Of a stretch of DNA of 32,000 nucleotides, positions 30,076 through 32,000 are shown in pieces. Source of the DNA: Candidatus Minimicrobia sp. QA0096 (GTDB taxonomy: Bacteria; Patescibacteriota; Saccharimonadia; Saccharimonadales; Saccharimonadaceae); contig NZ_OZ017288.1 in assembly GCF_963967315.1 (NCBI RefSeq), positions 180,001-212,000 of the forward strand. Reading direction: 5' to 3'. Each line of letters opens with the position of its first letter. Position 1 is the stretch's first letter. The position numbers and the translations under genes are program-made. The notes beneath the pieces are model-generated. The model was not told where the DNA came from. It was given only the letters and a program-made list of their open reading frames with translations, and made no database searches.

Positions 30076-31410
30076 CTATATCTCAAACAGAGCGTCTTCA
30101 TCGCCATCGTATCGACGATCTTTGACAATTGTCACGATTCGTTCAGCGCTAACCTTCTGCTCATCAGATTCCACCAAGTTTCGAACCGTGTATGTGCCGC
30201 TAGCAATTTCATCCTCGCCCACGAACACCGCAAACGGAATTTGCTTTTTCAACGCCGCTTTTATCTGCTTGTCAATCTTTCTACCGGTGATATCCAGCTC
30301 TGCTCGCACGCCTTCGCTGCGCAATTTTCGCGCCAAATCGTCCGCGCCAGCCATAGATTCTTTTGACACCGGAATTATATATACATCTGTTTTAGATGCC
30401 AATTTAGGCAACAAATTGTGAACTTCCAGGAACTGTTGCATTGTCGTCGCACCCATGCCAACGCCGACCGTAGCAATCGGTTCAACGCCAAATAGCCCGA
30501 CCAATCCGTCATATCGTCCTCCACCAAACAACGCTCGGTTATTCTCTGGCGAATTATCAAAAAGCTCAAAAACCATGCCCGTGTAATAGTCCAGTCCGCG
30601 CATCAGAGTAACATCAAACACTGCATTCGTAATGCCTTTTTGGCTAAGCAATTTCATCACTTCGCGAAGCTGCTTGACGCTTTCATCTTCCATCAATTCG
30701 CTCGGCAAATCATCAACAGATTTCATGCTGATCATCTTAGCCAACTTAGGCAGACCTTCAGCCGCTTGACTTCCAAAAATCTCAATCGCCTGACGCTTAA
30801 ATTCTTCGGCAGTAATCTTATTTTTCCTATCAAGCAGCTTCATCATCATCGTCGAACCAACAATATCAAGCTTCAAAAATTGGCTCATCAAACGATTGAT
30901 CAATTGGCGATTATTAACCCTGACCGTAAACATTTCCTGCTTGGCGCCAAAATTCATCACGCTAGCGTGGCTCAACTCAATAATCTCCGCGTCCGCCGCC
31001 GCGCCGTCCACGCCAAACAAATCCGCATTCAATTGCCAAAACTCACGCTCACGCCCACGTTGCGGCCGTTCATAGCGCATAAAATTAGCAATTGAATACA
31101 ACCGCGCAGGCATCGCCAATTCCTGACGCTTAGCCGCCACCATTCGAGAAATCGACGGCGTCATCTCAGGACGAATTGCCACCATTCGACCGCCACGATC
31201 TTCAAAAGCGTATGTTTGCTCGCCCGCCAATTCCTGACCCGACTTCGCCAGATAAATATCTAGCGGCTCCAGTAGCGGCGCGCCGTATTCTTCATAGCCA
31301 AAACTCTCAACCGTCTTGTGCCAAACATTAAAAATGTAATTCTGCAGACGCTTTTCCTCTGGAAAATAGTCTCGCGAACCTTTGTAACTTTGTGTAGATA
31401 AACTGCTCAT
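30076..31410 (-). CDS. hisS: Histidine--tRNA ligase
   Basis: 444 aa class II aaRS with MRYERPQRGREREFWQ and GGGRYDGL motifs, plus a C-terminal anticodon-binding domain. Confidence 0.96.
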   Translation of the reverse strand: MSSLSTQSYKGSRDYFPEEKRLQNYIFNVWHKTVESFGYEEYGAPLLEPLDIYLAKSGQELAGEQTYAFEDRGGRMVAIRPEMTPSISRMVAAKRQELAMPARLYSIANFMRYERPQRGREREFWQLNADLFGVDGAAADAEIIELSHASVMNFGAKQEMFTVRVNNRQLINRLMSQFLKLDIVGSTMMMKLLDRKNKITAEEFKRQAIEIFGSQAAEGLPKLAKMISMKSVDDLPSELMEDESVKQLREVMKLLSQKGITNAVFDVTLMRGLDYYTGMVFELFDNSPENNRALFGGGRYDGLVGLFGVEPIATVGVGMGATTMQQFLEVHNLLPKLASKTDVYIIPVSKESMAGADDLARKLRSEGVRAELDITGRKIDKQIKAALKKQIPFAVFVGEDEIASGTYTVRNLVESDEQKVSAERIVTIVKDRRYDGDEDALFEI

Positions 31411-31419
31411 GTTAGCTCC

Positions 31420-31428
31420 ATTATGTCA
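31420..31428 (-). promoter_or_regulatory. Putative extended -10 promoter for hisS-tig-clpP
   Basis: The minus strand reads TGACATAAT, with only 9 nt (GGAGCTAAC) before the hisS ATG. Confidence 0.35.
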
Positions 31429-31455
31429 TTATTTCTTATTTATAGCAATCAAAAA

Positions 31456-31475
31456 CGCCGAGGCAGAACTCGGCG
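31456..31475 (-). terminator. Intrinsic terminator after the SpoU-type methyltransferase gene
   Basis: The minus strand reads CGCCGAG-TTCTGC-CTCGGCG followed by TTTTT (stem 31456-31462 with 31469-31475). Confidence 0.8.
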
Positions 31476-31549
31476 CGTACAATCAAAAATCAGAGTCCTA
31501 CCTCGGCAACACGTGTGAATGATGGAATTTAGGTAAAATCATGGTACTA

Positions 31550-32000
31550 TTATAGCACATTCTGTTGCAACCAACAATACATCGCCACAGTCGCTGCCGC
31601 ACCAACATTTATAGAGCGAGTCGAGCCGAATTGCTCAATCGCCACAATCTGATCCGCAGCACCGGCCAGCTCTGCAGAAATCCCAGGCCCTTCTTGCCCA
31701 AATACCAAAACCGCACACTTCGGTAACCTCGTCTGCGACATATTAACGCTGCCCGAAATATTATCAATAGCAATAATTTCCCTGCCTTCATTACGCATTT
31801 TTTCAACAAACTCTTCCGTCGTCGCCAAATATGTAATGTGAAGATATTTATCCGTCATCATCGCACCGCGCTTATTCCATTGCCTGCGCCCAATCACATA
31901 AATCTGCCGCACGCCAAACGCATTAGCGCTCCTGACAATTGTCCCCATATTAAAATCTCGCTCGGTATTTTCCAGCGCAATCACCAAACCGTGATCTTCA
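31550..32000 (-). CDS. SpoU/TrmH-family RNA 2'-O-methyltransferase; the 5' end probably runs off the window
   Basis: LVIALENTERDFNMGTIVRSANAFGV (motif 1), VLVFGQEGPGIS (motif 2) and IEQFGSTRSINVGAAATVAMY (motif 3). The reading frame stays open upstream of the track's TTG 31987 to the window edge. Confidence 0.85.
   Translation of the reverse strand, partial: EDHGLVIALENTERDFNMGTIVRSANAFGVRQIYVIGRRQWNKRGAMMTDKYLHITYLATTEEFVEKMRNEGREIIAIDNISGSVNMSQTRLPKCAVLVFGQEGPGISAELAGAADQIVAIEQFGSTRSINVGAAATVAMYCWLQQNVL

Noticed and set aside
31411-31549. Possible T-box or other riboswitch upstream of hisS
   Set aside because: The region is only about 139 nt and mostly taken up by the upstream gene's terminator and a promoter-like TGACATAAT. 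There is no specifier or T-box-like conserved sequence.

Overview
The window is mostly core housekeeping genes, nearly all on the minus strand: ldh (5' part), tuf, tgt, fusA, rpsG, rpsL, rpoC, rpoB, tmk, dcd, thyA, clpP, tig, hisS and a SpoU/TrmH-type methyltransferase (partial). The plus strand carries a lipoprotein, a eukaryote-type glycogen branching enzyme, a ThrE-family exporter, folA and a few small ORFs. The standard genetic code fits, since TGA is used as a stop at tightly coupled gene junctions. Compact spacing, the gene set and the protein sequences suggest a reduced-genome bacterium, possibly Patescibacteria/Saccharibacteria-like, but that is inference only. I see no rRNA or tRNA genes, CRISPR arrays, transposases, integrases or recognisable defence or secretion systems. 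The usual rpsL-rpsG-fusA-tuf (str) cluster is split into three separately promoted pieces by accessory insertions. The most unusual element is a tandem pair of small polytopic membrane-protein genes at about 7.93-9.12 kb. Their promoter, 5' hairpin and terminator flanks are nearly identical and show compensatory changes, while the coding interiors are unalignable apart from a shared acidic C-terminal tail. Other items worth a second look: a perfect-consensus promoter driving an apparently leaderless 84-aa ORF between folA and thyA; a dcd-HIT-tmk operon coupled by TGATG overlaps within a dTMP-synthesis cluster; a 565-aa acidic orphan co-oriented 16 nt upstream of tgt; and a two-TM trypsin-like protease with a Q/P/Y-rich tail co-oriented 12 nt downstream of yajQ. 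All functional ideas for these unknowns are hypotheses, because no searches could be run.
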